Positions 12,616 through 23,575 are shown, counted from the first letter of the stretch. The stretch: DNA of 64,000 nucleotides from an uncultured Chloroflexia bacterium (GCA_963827475.1 CAWHAZ010000004.1:96001-160000), one strand, 5' to 3'. Numbers and translations: made by a program. Notes: generated from the sequence alone by a model not told the origin.

Positions 12616-13670
12616 CCACCGTCGCCAACGACGCGGGCGAGGTGCGAGCCGCCCGCCTGACCGATCGCCAGGCCCTCGCCGACCTGTCCGGCCAGGTGCA
12701 CGCCGCGGAGGACGCCTACCGCCGCAGCCTGGGCGTGCCGGCCCCGACCGAAAGCCCCGGCATCTCGCTCTCGACCCTCATCCCGTCCTGGCTGCCCCTG
12801 CGGCCGCCATCGGTTCATCTCGTGGCCGAGTCCGACGGCCAGCTCATCGGCTCGTGCCGGGCGATCACCGAGCCGCATCGCGACGACTGGGTGATCATCG
12901 AGCTCGACGCCGCCGACGGTCCGATGGCCGGCGAGGTCCGCTGGGCGATGCTCGAGGCGCTCATCGAGGAGGGCGCGCGACGGAACGTGGCGCGGTACCA
13001 CGTCGCCTGCGCCGACGTCCACGAGAACCTGACCCTGTTCGGGATGGCCGGCTTCATGGCCTACGCGCAGGAGGAGATCCTCTACCGCCCGCCCGAGACT
13101 CCTGGCCGACGGGGCGGTGGCTTCCTGCGACGGCGTCGTCGCTCGGCGGCCCGTCGCGGGGCGAGCCCGACCGAGATCGCGCTGCAGCCGGCCGGCGCCC
13201 CGGACGCGTGGCACCTGTTCGACCTGTGGACCCACTGCACGCCGCCGGCCATCGCCCGGGTCGAGGATTACCACGCCGCGGACTGGGAGTCGGTGGGCCA
13301 CGAGGCGATCGTCCCGCGCTCGAGCCTGAACCCGATCCTCCATTTCGGAGCGACCAGCGCCTGGCTGTACACGGTGAACCAGCGGGCGGGCGGGTTCGTC
13401 CAGCACGGAGCCAGCCGGGTGGGGCCGCACTACCTGCGCTTCCTGATCCGTGACGGGACCGACGGGGAGGGGCTCCTGGCCGCGGCGCTCGCGCGGCTGC
13501 CCGCCGAGGCGATGGCCGCCGGTATGCTTGCCCCGGTGCGAACCTACGAGGCGGCGGGGCTCAGCGCCGCGGCCAGCATCGGCTTCGCCCCGGTCGGGCG
13601 GGTGACGCTCCTCGTGCGCGAGGTGCGGGCCGCGGTTCGCCAGCCGGCGCTCGTGCCCGCCGTCAACTGA
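12612..13670 (+). CDS. hypothetical protein, probable divergent tandem GNAT fold
   Basis: ATGA-coupled to pdxT; [28 protein letters not shown] and a second unit ending ASIGFAPV suggest two GNAT-like domains. Confidence 0.6.
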   Translation: MTTVANDAGEVRAARLTDRQALADLSGQVHAAEDAYRRSLGVPAPTESPGISLSTLIPSWLPLRPPSVHLVAESDGQLIGSCRAITEPHRDDWVIIELDAADGPMAGEVRWAMLEALIEEGARRNVARYHVACADVHENLTLFGMAGFMAYAQEEILYRPPETPGRRGGGFLRRRRRSAARRGASPTEIALQPAGAPDAWHLFDLWTHCTPPAIARVEDYHAADWESVGHEAIVPRSSLNPILHFGATSAWLYTVNQRAGGFVQHGASRVGPHYLRFLIRDGTDGEGLLAAALARLPAEAMAAGMLAPVRTYEAAGLSAAASIGFAPVGRVTLLVREVRAAVRQPALVPAVN

Positions 13671-13684
13671 GCGCCCGACGAAGC

Positions 13685-15421
13685 GTGGAGAAGCGCGTGC
13701 CCCACCTCGAAACGACTGACGACCTCGACGACCTGCTCGAGTCGCTGCCGCCCGAGATCGTCGAGCGCGTCCGCGAGCTCGGCTCCCGGGCCGACCTGCT
13801 CGAGATCGTCCTCGACCTCGGCCGGCGGCCGGAGGCCCGCTTCACGCACAGCGAGGCCGTCCTGCTCGAGCGTGAGGTGACCGAGGCCGACATCGCGTTC
13901 GTGGTGGACCACATCGGCGCCTTCGGCGACGACAACCGCGCCGGCATCGAACGGACCCTGCATCGGATCAGCGCCATCCGGAACCGGGCCGGCAAGGTGG
14001 TGGGCCTGACCTGCCGCATCGGTCGGGCGGTGTTCGGGACGATCGACATCATCCGCGACATCGCCGAGTCGGGGCAGAGCATCCTCATCCTCGGCCGCCC
14101 GGGCGTGGGCAAGACGACCATGCTCCGCGAGGTCGCCCGGGTCCTGGCCGACGACCTCGGCAAGCGCGTGGTCGTGGTCGACACCTCGAACGAGATCGCC
14201 GGCGACGGGGACATCCCGCACCCGGGGATCGGGGACGCCCGACGGATGCAGGTCCGGACCCCGACCGAGCAGCACTCGGTGATGATCGAGGCGGTCGAGA
14301 ACCACATGCCCGAGGTCATCGTCATCGACGAGATCGGGACCGAGCTGGAGGCGGGCGCCGCCCGAACCATCGCCGAGCGGGGCGTGCAGCTGGTGGGCAC
14401 CGCCCACGGCAACACCCTCGACAACCTGATGCTGAACCCGACCCTGTCGGACCTCATCGGCGGCATCCAGACCGTCACCCTCGGCGACGAGGAGGCCCGG
14501 CGGCGGGGGACGCAGAAGAGCGTCCTGGAGCGGAAGGCGCCGCCGACGTTCGACGTGGTGGTCGAGATCGTGGAGCGGGACCGGGTCATCGTCCACCGCA
14601 GCGTGGCCGAGACGGTGGACGCCATCCTGCGCGGCCACATGGTCCCGCCCGAGTCGCGCTGGCGGGACGAGGCGGGTGAGGTTCGAGCGGCGACGAAGTA
14701 CGACTACCGGATCCACGAGGCGACCGCGTACGGGTCGCCCTTCGTCACCGCGGAGCCGGGCGGGGGGCACGGCACCTTCCGGCGGCCCGGCGCGTCCGGT
14801 CTCCAGTCGCTGCCCGGCGGGCGGTCCCGTCCGGTGGCCGAGGCGAGCGAGCCGCGGCGCCAGATCGAGGAGGCGATCGCGGCCTCCGACCGCGGGGCGG
14901 ACGACGGCCAGGGTGAGCCGCGCGCCACGCGGGAAGCGCGGGTCGCCAGCCTCCGACCGATGTCCCTGTTCCCGTACGGGGTCAGCCGCAAGCGCCTGGA
15001 GCAGGCGGTTCGCGAGCTCTCCGTCCCGGTGACCGTGGCCCGCGACCTCGAGGACGCCGATGCGGTCGTGACCCTGCGCACCTACTACCGCCGCAAGCCC
15101 CCCGCCCTGCGCGACGCGGAGGCGGGCGGCACACCCCTGTTCGTGCTGAAGACGAACACCCTGGTCCAGATGGAGTCGATGCTCGCCAACCTGTACGAGC
15201 TGGAGGCCGATCCCCAGGAGGCCGCCCTGCGGGAGACGGCGGAGGCCATCGGCCTGGTCCACGACCACGGCCGGCCGGTCGAGCTGGCCCCACAGAACGC
15301 GTACGTGCGACGCCTCCAGCACCAGATGGCGGAGCAGCACAACCTCATGAGCCGCTCGCGAGGCAGCGAGCCGAACCGACGGGTTCAGCTCCTCCCCGAC
15401 GAGGGGCGCGCCTGGCGCTGA
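13685..15421 (+). CDS. SpoIIIAA/Ycf45-like AAA+ ATPase with C-terminal R3H domain
   Basis: [53 protein letters not shown]. Confidence 0.92.
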   Translation: MEKRVPHLETTDDLDDLLESLPPEIVERVRELGSRADLLEIVLDLGRRPEARFTHSEAVLLEREVTEADIAFVVDHIGAFGDDNRAGIERTLHRISAIRNRAGKVVGLTCRIGRAVFGTIDIIRDIAESGQSILILGRPGVGKTTMLREVARVLADDLGKRVVVVDTSNEIAGDGDIPHPGIGDARRMQVRTPTEQHSVMIEAVENHMPEVIVIDEIGTELEAGAARTIAERGVQLVGTAHGNTLDNLMLNPTLSDLIGGIQTVTLGDEEARRRGTQKSVLERKAPPTFDVVVEIVERDRVIVHRSVAETVDAILRGHMVPPESRWRDEAGEVRAATKYDYRIHEATAYGSPFVTAEPGGGHGTFRRPGASGLQSLPGGRSRPVAEASEPRRQIEEAIAASDRGADDGQGEPRATREARVASLRPMSLFPYGVSRKRLEQAVRELSVPVTVARDLEDADAVVTLRTYYRRKPPALRDAEAGGTPLFVLKTNTLVQMESMLANLYELEADPQEAALRETAEAIGLVHDHGRPVELAPQNAYVRRLQHQMAEQHNLMSRSRGSEPNRRVQLLPDEGRAWR

Positions 15422-15428
15422 CCGAGCC

Positions 15429-16073
15429 GTGACCGCGGCGCCCGGCCGCGGCCGGTTCATCACGCTGGAGGGTCCCGAGGGGAGCGGCAAGAGCACGGCC
15501 GCCCGTCACCTCGCCGACTGGCTGGTGACCAAGGGCGTGCGCGCCACGGTGACGGCGGAGCCGGGCGGCACGCGTCTCGGGGAGGAGATTCGCCGCCTCG
15601 TCCTCCACGCCCGCTCGATCTCCGACGACCTCGACCCGCGGGCCGACGCCCTGCTCTTTGCCGCGGGCCGGGCGCAGCACGTCGCGCGCAGGATCCGCCC
15701 CGCCCTGGAATCGGGGGAGTGGGTGGTCTGCGCGCGCTACCTCGACTCGTCGCTCGCCTACCAGGGCGGCGGCTACGGCCTCGACCTCGACACCCTGCGC
15801 ACGCTCCAGGCGTTCGCCACCGACGGCCTGAAGCCGGACCTCACGATCCTGGTCGACGTGCCCGTCGACATCGGCCTGCGACGGAAGCGGAAGGACCGCT
15901 GGAACCGCTTCGAGAGCACGGAGAGTGCCGCGTTCTTCGAGCGGGTGCGGCAGACCTACCTCGACCTGGCCGCCGCGGAGCCGGATCGGTACCGGATCCT
16001 CGACGGCTCCGGATCGGTCGACCAGACCGATGCGGCGATCCGCGCGGTGGTGGCTCCACTCCTGGATCGGTAG
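15429..16073 (+). CDS. tmk: thymidylate kinase
   Basis: FITLEGPEGSGKST, EPGGT, LLFAAGRAQH, RYLDSSLAYQG, PDLTI. Confidence 0.95.
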   Translation: MTAAPGRGRFITLEGPEGSGKSTAARHLADWLVTKGVRATVTAEPGGTRLGEEIRRLVLHARSISDDLDPRADALLFAAGRAQHVARRIRPALESGEWVVCARYLDSSLAYQGGGYGLDLDTLRTLQAFATDGLKPDLTILVDVPVDIGLRRKRKDRWNRFESTESAAFFERVRQTYLDLAAAEPDRYRILDGSGSVDQTDAAIRAVVAPLLDR

Positions 16074-16088
16074 GGCATACTGAAACCG

Positions 16089-16418
16089 ATGAAGCTGGTC
16101 GCAGCCATCGTCCATTCCGAGGACGCCGGAGCCCTGGTCGACGCCCTCCTCGAGAAGGAGTACCGGACCACCCGGCTCAGCTCGTCGGGCGGCTTCCTGA
16201 AGCAGGGCAACGCCACGATCATCGTCGGCGTCGAGGACGATCAGGTCGATGCGGTGCTCGAGCTCATCAGCGCCAACTGCCACGCCCGCAAGCAGTTCGT
16301 GAACCCCATGCCGCCGATCATGGAGCCGGGCGAGTTCTACATGCCGTACCCGGTCGAGGTCGAGGTCGGCGGGGCCACGGTCTTCGTCCTCCCCGTCGAG
16401 CGCTTCGAGCGCCTCTAG
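16089..16418 (+). CDS. darA: PII-like cyclic-di-AMP receptor (DarA/PstA/YaaQ family)
   Basis: MKLVAAIVH, TRLSSSGGFLKQGNAT, C-terminal VEVGGATVFV; lies downstream of tmk as in Firmicutes. Confidence 0.9.
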   Translation: MKLVAAIVHSEDAGALVDALLEKEYRTTRLSSSGGFLKQGNATIIVGVEDDQVDAVLELISANCHARKQFVNPMPPIMEPGEFYMPYPVEVEVGGATVFVLPVERFERL

Positions 16419-16462
16419 CCCGGCAGACCGATGAGTCCGGGGGCGTCGGACGCGGCCGACGA

Positions 16463-17069
16463 ATGACCGGTGCGAGCTGGGTCACCGAGCTCGAGCAGGG
16501 CGCTCCGGACGTGGTCGCCGTCTGGCGGGCGATCGACCCCGACCAGGAGAGCGACGACTACAGCGCCGCACGTGACGACCTCGAGACGCGCTCCGTTCGC
16601 CTGGGAGCCGCCGCCATCCTGGCCCAGCAGGAGGCGGTCGGCCGAGGCCCTGGAGGGCGTCCTGCAGGCGATGCCGGACGACATGCTGCGCGCCCCGGGC
16701 GGCGAGGGGGACTGGAACGTGTCGCAGGCCTTTGCCCACACGACCGGGGCGCGACGCTACCTCCCGGCCGCCGCCGCGATGGCCGCGACGGGGCGGTGGC
16801 CGACCGCCGACCCGCCGCGGGTCACGCCGGGCATCCCCGGACCGGCGGACCTCGACCGCGAGATGCTCATGACCTACCTGAACAAGAGCCGCCGCTCGCA
16901 GGCGGTGTCCGCGGCGGCGATCGCGGGGCACGAGACCGAGCTGTGCCCGATGGACCACCCGCTCATCGGCCATCGCCTGTCGTGCGGGGCGTGGCTCCTG
17001 TTCGCCGGCGTCCACGACCTGATGCATCTCGAGCAGCTCCATGGGCTGCTCGACGCATGGGAGGCATGA
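16463..17069 (+). CDS. DinB/YfiT-superfamily protein (frameshift near 16640)
   Basis: WNVSQAFAH and HDLMHLEQL metal-binding His pattern; the N-terminal 60 aa are in a different frame. Confidence 0.65.
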
Positions 17070-18200
17070 CCGCCAGCGAGCGGCCGGCGCCGCTGGTCCT
17101 GATGGGGGCCGCGGCGGATCCCGATGAAGCGGAGTTCGGCTCGTACCGGGCGGTGCTGGGCACCGGCCGGCATCTCCTGGCCGCGGAGCTGAGCCAGCGG
17201 CTGGCTCGGCAGGGCGCGGCCGTCGCAGCGCATCCCGAGGGACGCGACACCCGGCGGATTCCACTGGGGGAGGTGGTACGCGGCCGGGGCTCGCGCCGCG
17301 CTCGACGCGGCTGGGGACCGCGTCGACGCCGTGGGCTGGGTCGGCGCCGGCGCCCTGGCCCTCGTGGCCGACGAGACGCTCGACGCGCTCCTCTCCCCCA
17401 CCGCCGGCGAGGTCGTCGCCAACAACCGGTTCAGCGCCGACGCGTTCGTGGTCGCCGGGGACCTCGTGGCCGCGCTCGGCGCGCTCGCCGGGCTGGGGGC
17501 GGACAACGGTGCGCCGCGCGCCCTGGAGGCCGCCGGCTTCAGCGTCCGCGATGTCGCCGCGTCCCCGTGGTCCCGTTTCGACGTGGACACGCCGCAGGAC
17601 CTCGCCCTGCTGCGCCTGGCCACCCGGCTGCCCGGCACCCGACCCCTCGACCCGGCGCTGGCCGCGTTCCTCGAGGGTGTGCAGCTGCCCGGCGGCCGGC
17701 CGCTGGCCATTCCCCGCGTCGAGGAGCTGCTCGAGGTCCTGCGCAGCCGGAACGCGGAGCTGGTGGTGGCCGGCCGCGTCCCGGCGGCCTCGTTCGCCTA
17801 CCTCGAGGAGCAGGCCGCCTGCCGGGTGCGCCTCTACGCCGAGGAGCGGGGGATGCGGGCCGCGCCCGCGAATCGGCCGCGGTCGCTCCTCGCGGACTGG
17901 GTGACCGAGCACGGAGCCGCTTCGCTGGTCGAGCGGCTGTCCGACCTGGGCAACGCGGCGATCATCGACAGCCGGGTGGTGATGGCCGCCCTCGTCGGCT
18001 CATCGGATCCCGCGGTGTGGCCCGCCGATGAGGATCGGTTCGCCTCCGACTTCGCCGATCCCTCGCGCGTCGAGACCGAATGGCTGCGCGAGCTGACCAC
18101 CGCGGCGGAAGCCGCATCGGTTCCGATCGTGCTCGGCGCTCACACCCTGGTCAGCGACGGCCTTCGTATCCTCACCGACGCCGCCTGGCTGACCAGCTGA
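17066..18200 (+). CDS. hypothetical protein with nucleotidyltransferase/CofC-like fold (frameshift near 17250)
   Basis: ATGA-coupled; FHWG, ANNRFSAD, DN, FDVDTPQDL (DxDTPxDL is typical of CofC/MobA-like proteins). Confidence 0.55.
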
Positions 18201-18208
18201 AGCGGGGC

Positions 18209-18601
18209 TCAGCCCGCGGCGGGCGGTTCGGCCGGTGGAGACGCCGGGGGAGCGGTCACCACGGGGGACGGCGGCACGGTGGGAACCGGTACGGCCTCGA
18301 GCTTGATCTCGACGCCGCCCGCGAAGCCAGCCACCCAGTTGTAGAGCAGGCACGCGATGGCGGTGAAGATCCAGCCGAAGATGCCGTACAGGGCGGCGGC
18401 GATGGCTCCGAAGATCAGGACGCCGATCGCGCCGACCCCGGCGTCGAATCCGGGCAGGCCGCCCGGCAGATTCGGGGACTGGACCCCGGCGAGCAGCACG
18501 AACACCGCGAAGATCGCGAAGAAGACGAGCGCGGCGAGCGCGTAGATCAGCGCGAGCACGCTCGCCGTGCGCAGGACGCCAAATCGACGAATGCGGACCA
18601 T
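18209..18601 (-). CDS. DUF3566-like two-TM membrane protein
   Basis: RIRRFGV N-terminus, two TMs, LYNWVAGFAGGVEIKL; strong GGAGGTGA SD. Confidence 0.7.
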   Translation of the reverse strand: MVRIRRFGVLRTASVLALIYALAALVFFAIFAVFVLLAGVQSPNLPGGLPGFDAGVGAIGVLIFGAIAAALYGIFGWIFTAIACLLYNWVAGFAGGVEIKLEAVPVPTVPPSPVVTAPPASPPAEPPAAG

Positions 18602-18738
18602 GGTTCACCTCCTGGCGCCGAGTATGCGCGGCGAGAAGGCGCGCCGGAGGGACTGTCCGAGCACCGGCTGATACACTCTGAGCAGGAGAATCAATGCTGC
18701 GGACCGCTTCGAGTCCGCCCTGATCGAACGAGACGACG

Positions 18739-19098
18739 ATGGACCAAACCGGACTGCTCTACGTCCTGGGTTTCGGCTTCGCCGCGACGACCTTCGTCTT
18801 CGGCACGATCATCTTTTCGTGGCTCGTGTCGCACCGGCGCAAGCAGGCCCAGAAGGGGCTGCCCTACGAGTGCGGGATCGACACCATCGGTGACACCTGG
18901 TCCCGCTTCGGACTGGCGTTCTACCTGTACGCCCTGCTGTTCGTCGCCTTCGACGTCGAGATCATCTTCATCTACCTGTGGGCGATCGTGATCCGCGACA
19001 TCGCGGTCAACGGGATCGTGTTGATGGGCATCTTCCTGGTGGTCCTGATGTATGGCGAGTTCTACGCCTGGAGGAAGGGGGACCTGCAGTGGCGGTAG
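18739..19098 (+). CDS. nuoA: NADH-quinone oxidoreductase subunit A
   Basis: PYECG, FYLYALLFVAFDVE, YAWRKGDLQW. Confidence 0.95.
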   Translation: MDQTGLLYVLGFGFAATTFVFGTIIFSWLVSHRRKQAQKGLPYECGIDTIGDTWSRFGLAFYLYALLFVAFDVEIIFIYLWAIVIRDIAVNGIVLMGIFLVVLMYGEFYAWRKGDLQWR

Positions 19099-19790
19099 AG
19101 CAGCCGAAGCGCGCCAAAGCGGCCTCGGTCGCCAAGGCGGCCGCCGACCCCAAGGACGCCCCGCCGCCGAGCACCGCGCTCGCCAAGCCGGAGGCCATCG
19201 TCATCCCCGATCCCACGGGCGACGACGACCTCCTGTCCGAGTTCGGGATGGAGGCCCACCCGCGCGGCGGCTTCCACGGCCTGCTGGAGGTCATCCCGAC
19301 CAGGGCGGACTACATCCTCGACCTGATCCGGGCCAACTCCCTGTGGCCGCTCCTGTCGGGGCTGTCGTGCTGCGCCATCGAGATGATGAGCACCGCCACC
19401 CCGATGAACGACATGGACCGCTTCGGGATGTTTCCGATGCGCGCCTCGCCGCGCCAGGCGGACGTCCTGATCGTGGCCGGCACGCTGACGACCAAGATGG
19501 CCGGCCCCCTCGTCCGGCTGTGGGCACAGATGCCCGAGCCGAAGTGGTGCGTGGCGATGGGCACCTGCACGACCAGCGGCGGGCGCTTCAAGCGCTCGTA
19601 CAGCGTGGTCCAGGGCGTGGACCGGGTCATGCCCGTCGACGTCTACGTGCCGGGCTGCCCGCCCCGCCCCGAGGGCCTGATCTACGGAATGATGAAGCTC
19701 CACGAGCTGGTCAAGCAGCGTCGCGGCCAGTGGGACACGTTCGCCGACCGCGGACCGGAGCTCCGTTCCTGGGAAGGAGACGTCCGCTGA
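19089..19790 (+). CDS. nuoB: NADH-quinone oxidoreductase subunit B
   Basis: SLWP, GLSCCAIEM, RASPRQAD, QMPEPKW, MGTC, VYVPGCPPRPE. Confidence 0.96.
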   Translation: MAVEQPKRAKAASVAKAAADPKDAPPPSTALAKPEAIVIPDPTGDDDLLSEFGMEAHPRGGFHGLLEVIPTRADYILDLIRANSLWPLLSGLSCCAIEMMSTATPMNDMDRFGMFPMRASPRQADVLIVAGTLTTKMAGPLVRLWAQMPEPKWCVAMGTCTTSGGRFKRSYSVVQGVDRVMPVDVYVPGCPPRPEGLIYGMMKLHELVKQRRGQWDTFADRGPELRSWEGDVR

Positions 19791-20365
19791 CCGCTCCCGC
19801 CGCGGCGGGGCCACTCGTCCGGCTGCTCGGTGACAAGCTCGGCGACGCGACGAGCCAGCTGTGGACCGATGAGGACACGGTCGAGGTCCAGGTCCCCGGC
19901 GACAAGATCGTCGAGACCCTTCGGACGCTCCGCGACGACCCCGACTTCGCGTTCTTCTTCCTGGCCGATGCGGCCGCGGTCGACTACGGGGTGGGCGAGC
20001 ACTTCGAGGTCGTCTACCACCTGCACTCCGACAGGCACCCGGTGTGGCTTCGTGTCCGCGTCCCGGTCGACCGCGAGAACCCGCTGACCCCGACCGTCAC
20101 CGGGCTGTGGGAAGGGGCGATGTTCCACGAGCGCGAGATGTACGACATGATGGGCATCGTCTTCCAGGGCAACCGGGACCTGCGCCGGATCTACATGTCG
20201 CCCGACTACCGATCCTTCCCGCAGCGGAAGGATTTCCTGCTCCCCGATGACGCCGCCGACTCCCCGGCTGCCGGCAACATGCCCCTCGAGCGCCCCGAGA
20301 CCTGGGACCTGACCCGGCTCGAGGAAGCGGCCGCCCACCGTGACGAGCCCGGGGGGCCGGTGTGA
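19787..20365 (+). CDS. nuoC: NADH-quinone oxidoreductase subunit C
   Basis: AVDY, FEVVYHL, EREMYDMMGIVF, LRRI, PQRKDF; probable CTG start after AGGAG. Confidence 0.9.
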   Translation: MTAPAAAGPLVRLLGDKLGDATSQLWTDEDTVEVQVPGDKIVETLRTLRDDPDFAFFFLADAAAVDYGVGEHFEVVYHLHSDRHPVWLRVRVPVDRENPLTPTVTGLWEGAMFHEREMYDMMGIVFQGNRDLRRIYMSPDYRSFPQRKDFLLPDDAADSPAAGNMPLERPETWDLTRLEEAAAHRDEPGGPV

Positions 20366-21684
20366 CGACGACGAAGGAACCGCGGGCCCGCAAGCCCCGG
20401 GCCAAGGCTCCGCCGGAGGACGAGGCCGCTCTCCGGGCAGCCGCCGAGGGGCGGATTCCCGACCCGATCGAGCTCGACGCCACGATGACCAGCCCCGCGG
20501 GGACGCGACGCCCGGAGTTCATGGGCTTCGACATCGTCCCGCCGCCCGACCGCCCCCCGCAGACCGAGCGCGAGCGCGAGGTCTACACCCTCGGCGACGG
20601 GGAGATGCTGGTGAACATGGGCCCGCAGCACCCGTCGACCCACGGCGTGATGCGGATCGTGCTCAAGGTCCGCGGCGAGGTCGTCATCGACCTCGACCCG
20701 GTGCTCGGATACCTCCACCGCGGCATCGAGAAGCTGTGCGAGAACGCGACCTACACCACGGTCCTGACCTACGTCGACCCCATGGACTACATGTCGGCGA
20801 TGCACAACGAGCACGCGCCGGCGCTCGCCTTCGAGAAGCTGTACGGGATCAAGGCGCCGCGGCGGGCGGAGTACATCCGGGCCCTGGTGGTGGAGCTGAA
20901 CCGGGTGTTCAGCCACGGCCTGATGATGGGCTTCCTGGCCCTCGACCTCGGCGGCCTGACGCCGATCCTGTACGGGTTCATCAACCGCGACCAGGTCGTG
21001 GACATGCTGTCGGCGATCTCCGGCCAGCGGATGCTGTTCAACTTCTTCCGGGTCGGCGGGGTGAACTTCGACGTGAACGACGAGTTCCTGTCCCGCCTCG
21101 GGAAGTGGCGCGCGGGCGTGCTCGACACGATCGAGATGAACGAGAAGCTGCTCACCGAGAACGAGATCTTCGGGGCCCGGACCAAGAAGATGGGCGTGCT
21201 GACCGGCCAGCAGGCCATCGACCTGGGCGTGTCCGGCCCCAACCTGCGGGCCAGCGGCGTGCCGTTCGACGTCCGCAAGGCCCATCCGTACCCGCCCTAC
21301 CCCGAGCTCGAGTTCGAGGTCATCACCCAGGAAGGCGGCGACACCTACGCGCGGTACATCCAGCGCATCGCGGAGCTGAAGCAGAGCATCCACCTCATCG
21401 ACCAGATCGTCGACCGCATGCCCCACGGCCCGGTCCAGGCCCAGGTGCCGGGCATCATCCGGCCTAGGCCAGGGCGGGCATACGCGGCGGTGGAGTCGCC
21501 CCGGGGGCTGTACAGCGTCTACGCCATCAGCGACGGCGGCCCGAACCCGTATCGGTTCCGCATGCGCGACCCAAGCTTCATCACCCTCCAGGTCATGCCC
21601 AAGGTCATGCCGGGCCGCCTGATCGCCGACACCATGGCGGTGATGGCCAGCCTGGACCCGATCATGGGCGGCGTGGACAAGTAG
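20362..21684 (+). CDS. nuoD: NADH-quinone oxidoreductase subunit D
   Basis: NMGPQHPSTHGV, GYLHRGIEK, GPNLRASG, ESPRG, DPIMGGVDK; no NiFe CxxC motifs, so not a hydrogenase. Confidence 0.96.
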   Translation: MTTTKEPRARKPRAKAPPEDEAALRAAAEGRIPDPIELDATMTSPAGTRRPEFMGFDIVPPPDRPPQTEREREVYTLGDGEMLVNMGPQHPSTHGVMRIVLKVRGEVVIDLDPVLGYLHRGIEKLCENATYTTVLTYVDPMDYMSAMHNEHAPALAFEKLYGIKAPRRAEYIRALVVELNRVFSHGLMMGFLALDLGGLTPILYGFINRDQVVDMLSAISGQRMLFNFFRVGGVNFDVNDEFLSRLGKWRAGVLDTIEMNEKLLTENEIFGARTKKMGVLTGQQAIDLGVSGPNLRASGVPFDVRKAHPYPPYPELEFEVITQEGGDTYARYIQRIAELKQSIHLIDQIVDRMPHGPVQAQVPGIIRPRPGRAYAAVESPRGLYSVYAISDGGPNPYRFRMRDPSFITLQVMPKVMPGRLIADTMAVMASLDPIMGGVDK

Positions 21685-21702
21685 GCCGGACGAGGCGCCA
21701 CC

Positions 21703-22722
21703 ATGGACCAGGGCATGATCGACCTCATCCTTGGCATCGGCCGCTTCGTGGTCGCCACCACCCTGCTCCTGCTGCTCACGGTGCCGACCGCGTTCATCGT
21801 GATCCAGATGGAGATCAAGATCATCGCCCAGATGCAGCTGCGCTACGGCCCGAACCGGGTCGGGCCGCGGGGCATCTTCCAGAGCACGATCCACGGCTTC
21901 AAGTTCCTGGCCAAGGAGGACCAGACCCCGGATCGGGCGGACGTGCCGACGTTCACGCTGGCGCCGTGGATGGTGTTCATGGCCGCCGCCATGAGCCTGC
22001 TGGTCGTTCCCTTCGCGCCCGGCCTGGTGGCGTTCGACTCGCAGATCGGCGTCATCTACTTCTTCGCCGTCATCGGTCTGTCGGTGGTGGGGCTGCTGAT
22101 CGCCGGCTGGGCCAGCTACAACAAGTACTCGCTGCTCGGCGGGCTGCGGAGCGCGGCCCAGATGGTCAGCTATGAGATCCCGCTGACCCTGTCCATCGTG
22201 GGCGTGGTGGTCCTGACCGGGTCGCTGTCGTTCACCGAGATCGTGGAGTGGCAGCGCGAGCACGGGTGGGCGTTCCTGTGGCAGCTGGTCGGCTTCCCGA
22301 TCTTCCTCATTGCCGCCGCGGCGGAGATCAACCGCGCCCCGTTCGACATGATCGAGGCCGACAGCGAGATCGTCGCCGGCCCGTTCACCGAGTACAGCGG
22401 GATGCGGTTCGGGTTCTTCTTCTTCGCCGAGTACGTGGCCCTGTTCATCATGAGCGCCATCCTGGTCACCCTGTTCCTGGGCGGCTACCTCGCGCCGTGG
22501 CCGTTCCCCGCCACCCTCGACGGCTTCGTCGGAACCCTGTACGGCCTGTTCTGGTTCTTCGTGAAGACGTACTTCTTCGTCTTCGTCGCGGTCTGGGTGC
22601 GGGCCACCCTGCCGCGGGTCCGGGTTGACCAGCTGATGGGCGCGTCGTGGAAGGTGCTGCTCCCGCTGGCCCTCGTCAACCTGTTCCTCACGGCCATCGT
22701 CGTTCTCGCCCTCAACCTGTAA
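21703..22722 (+). CDS. nuoH: NADH-quinone oxidoreductase subunit H
   Basis: RYGPNRVG, NKYSLLGGLRSAAQMVSYE, AEINRAPFD, EYSG, RATLPRVR. Confidence 0.96.
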   Translation: MDQGMIDLILGIGRFVVATTLLLLLTVPTAFIVIQMEIKIIAQMQLRYGPNRVGPRGIFQSTIHGFKFLAKEDQTPDRADVPTFTLAPWMVFMAAAMSLLVVPFAPGLVAFDSQIGVIYFFAVIGLSVVGLLIAGWASYNKYSLLGGLRSAAQMVSYEIPLTLSIVGVVVLTGSLSFTEIVEWQREHGWAFLWQLVGFPIFLIAAAAEINRAPFDMIEADSEIVAGPFTEYSGMRFGFFFFAEYVALFIMSAILVTLFLGGYLAPWPFPATLDGFVGTLYGLFWFFVKTYFFVFVAVWVRATLPRVRVDQLMGASWKVLLPLALVNLFLTAIVVLALNL

Positions 22723-22732
22723 GGTTCGACCC

Positions 22733-23575
22733 ATGGCGATACCGGGCTCGGGCATGCTCACCGGCATGGGGGTGACCCTGCGGAACCTGTTCCGGCCCAA
22801 GGTGACGCTGCAGTACCCCGAGGAGCGGCCGCACATCCCCGACCGCTGGCGCGGGCGCCTGGACCTCATCTACGACCCGTTCGGCGAGCACAAATGCGAG
22901 GTCTGCTTCCAGTGCGCCCAGGTCTGCCCGGTCGAGGCCATCGACATGAGCGGGTTCGACAGCGAGGGCAACCGGATCCGATACGGCCTGCCGGAGATCT
23001 ACGACGAGCGGAAGGACCCCAATGCCTACCGTCGGGCCGGCCTGCCCGCTCGCCCGGAGCGCAACGCGGCCCGCTGGCAGGAGGACGTGGACAACGCCTG
23101 GGTCGACTCGGTGATCGACGGCTTCGGCGGCCGGCCCGAGTCGCTGGTCGCGATCTTCGGCGCGGTCCAGGCGAAGTACGGATACCTCCCCGAGCCGGCG
23201 TTGCGCCGGATCAGCGACCGGATGACGATCCACTGGGCCCAGGTCTTCGGCGCCGCCGGCCTGGGCGGGTTCCGGCTCCTGCCCGCCGAGGGCCACCTCG
23301 TGACCGTCTGCTCGTGCGCCGCCTGCCGCTTCGCCGGCGGGGACAGGCTCCTCGCCGCGCTCGAGGAGGAGCTCGGCATCCGGGCGGGCGAGGTGACCGA
23401 TGACGGGTCGTTCACCCTGGAGACCGATGCGAACGTGGGGTCGGGCGCGATCGCGCCGGCGGTCCGCATCGACACCCTGGTCTACGGGCCGCTCTCGGTG
23501 GACGAGGCGCGTCACCTGATCTACGCCCGCCGGGCCGAGGCAAGCCCAGCCGCCTCCGCCCCGGCCCGGGCCTGA
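22733..23575 (+). CDS. fusion of NuoI N-terminal half (one CxxCxxCxxxCP) to a degenerate NuoE/HydC thioredoxin-like domain
   Basis: VTLQYPEE..RWRG..CEVCFQCAQVCPVEAI, then VQAKYGYLP, VCSCAAC, LGIRAGEVTDDGSFTL, AP..YG. Confidence 0.85.
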   Translation: MAIPGSGMLTGMGVTLRNLFRPKVTLQYPEERPHIPDRWRGRLDLIYDPFGEHKCEVCFQCAQVCPVEAIDMSGFDSEGNRIRYGLPEIYDERKDPNAYRRAGLPARPERNAARWQEDVDNAWVDSVIDGFGGRPESLVAIFGAVQAKYGYLPEPALRRISDRMTIHWAQVFGAAGLGGFRLLPAEGHLVTVCSCAACRFAGGDRLLAALEEELGIRAGEVTDDGSFTLETDANVGSGAIAPAVRIDTLVYGPLSVDEARHLIYARRAEASPAASAPARA

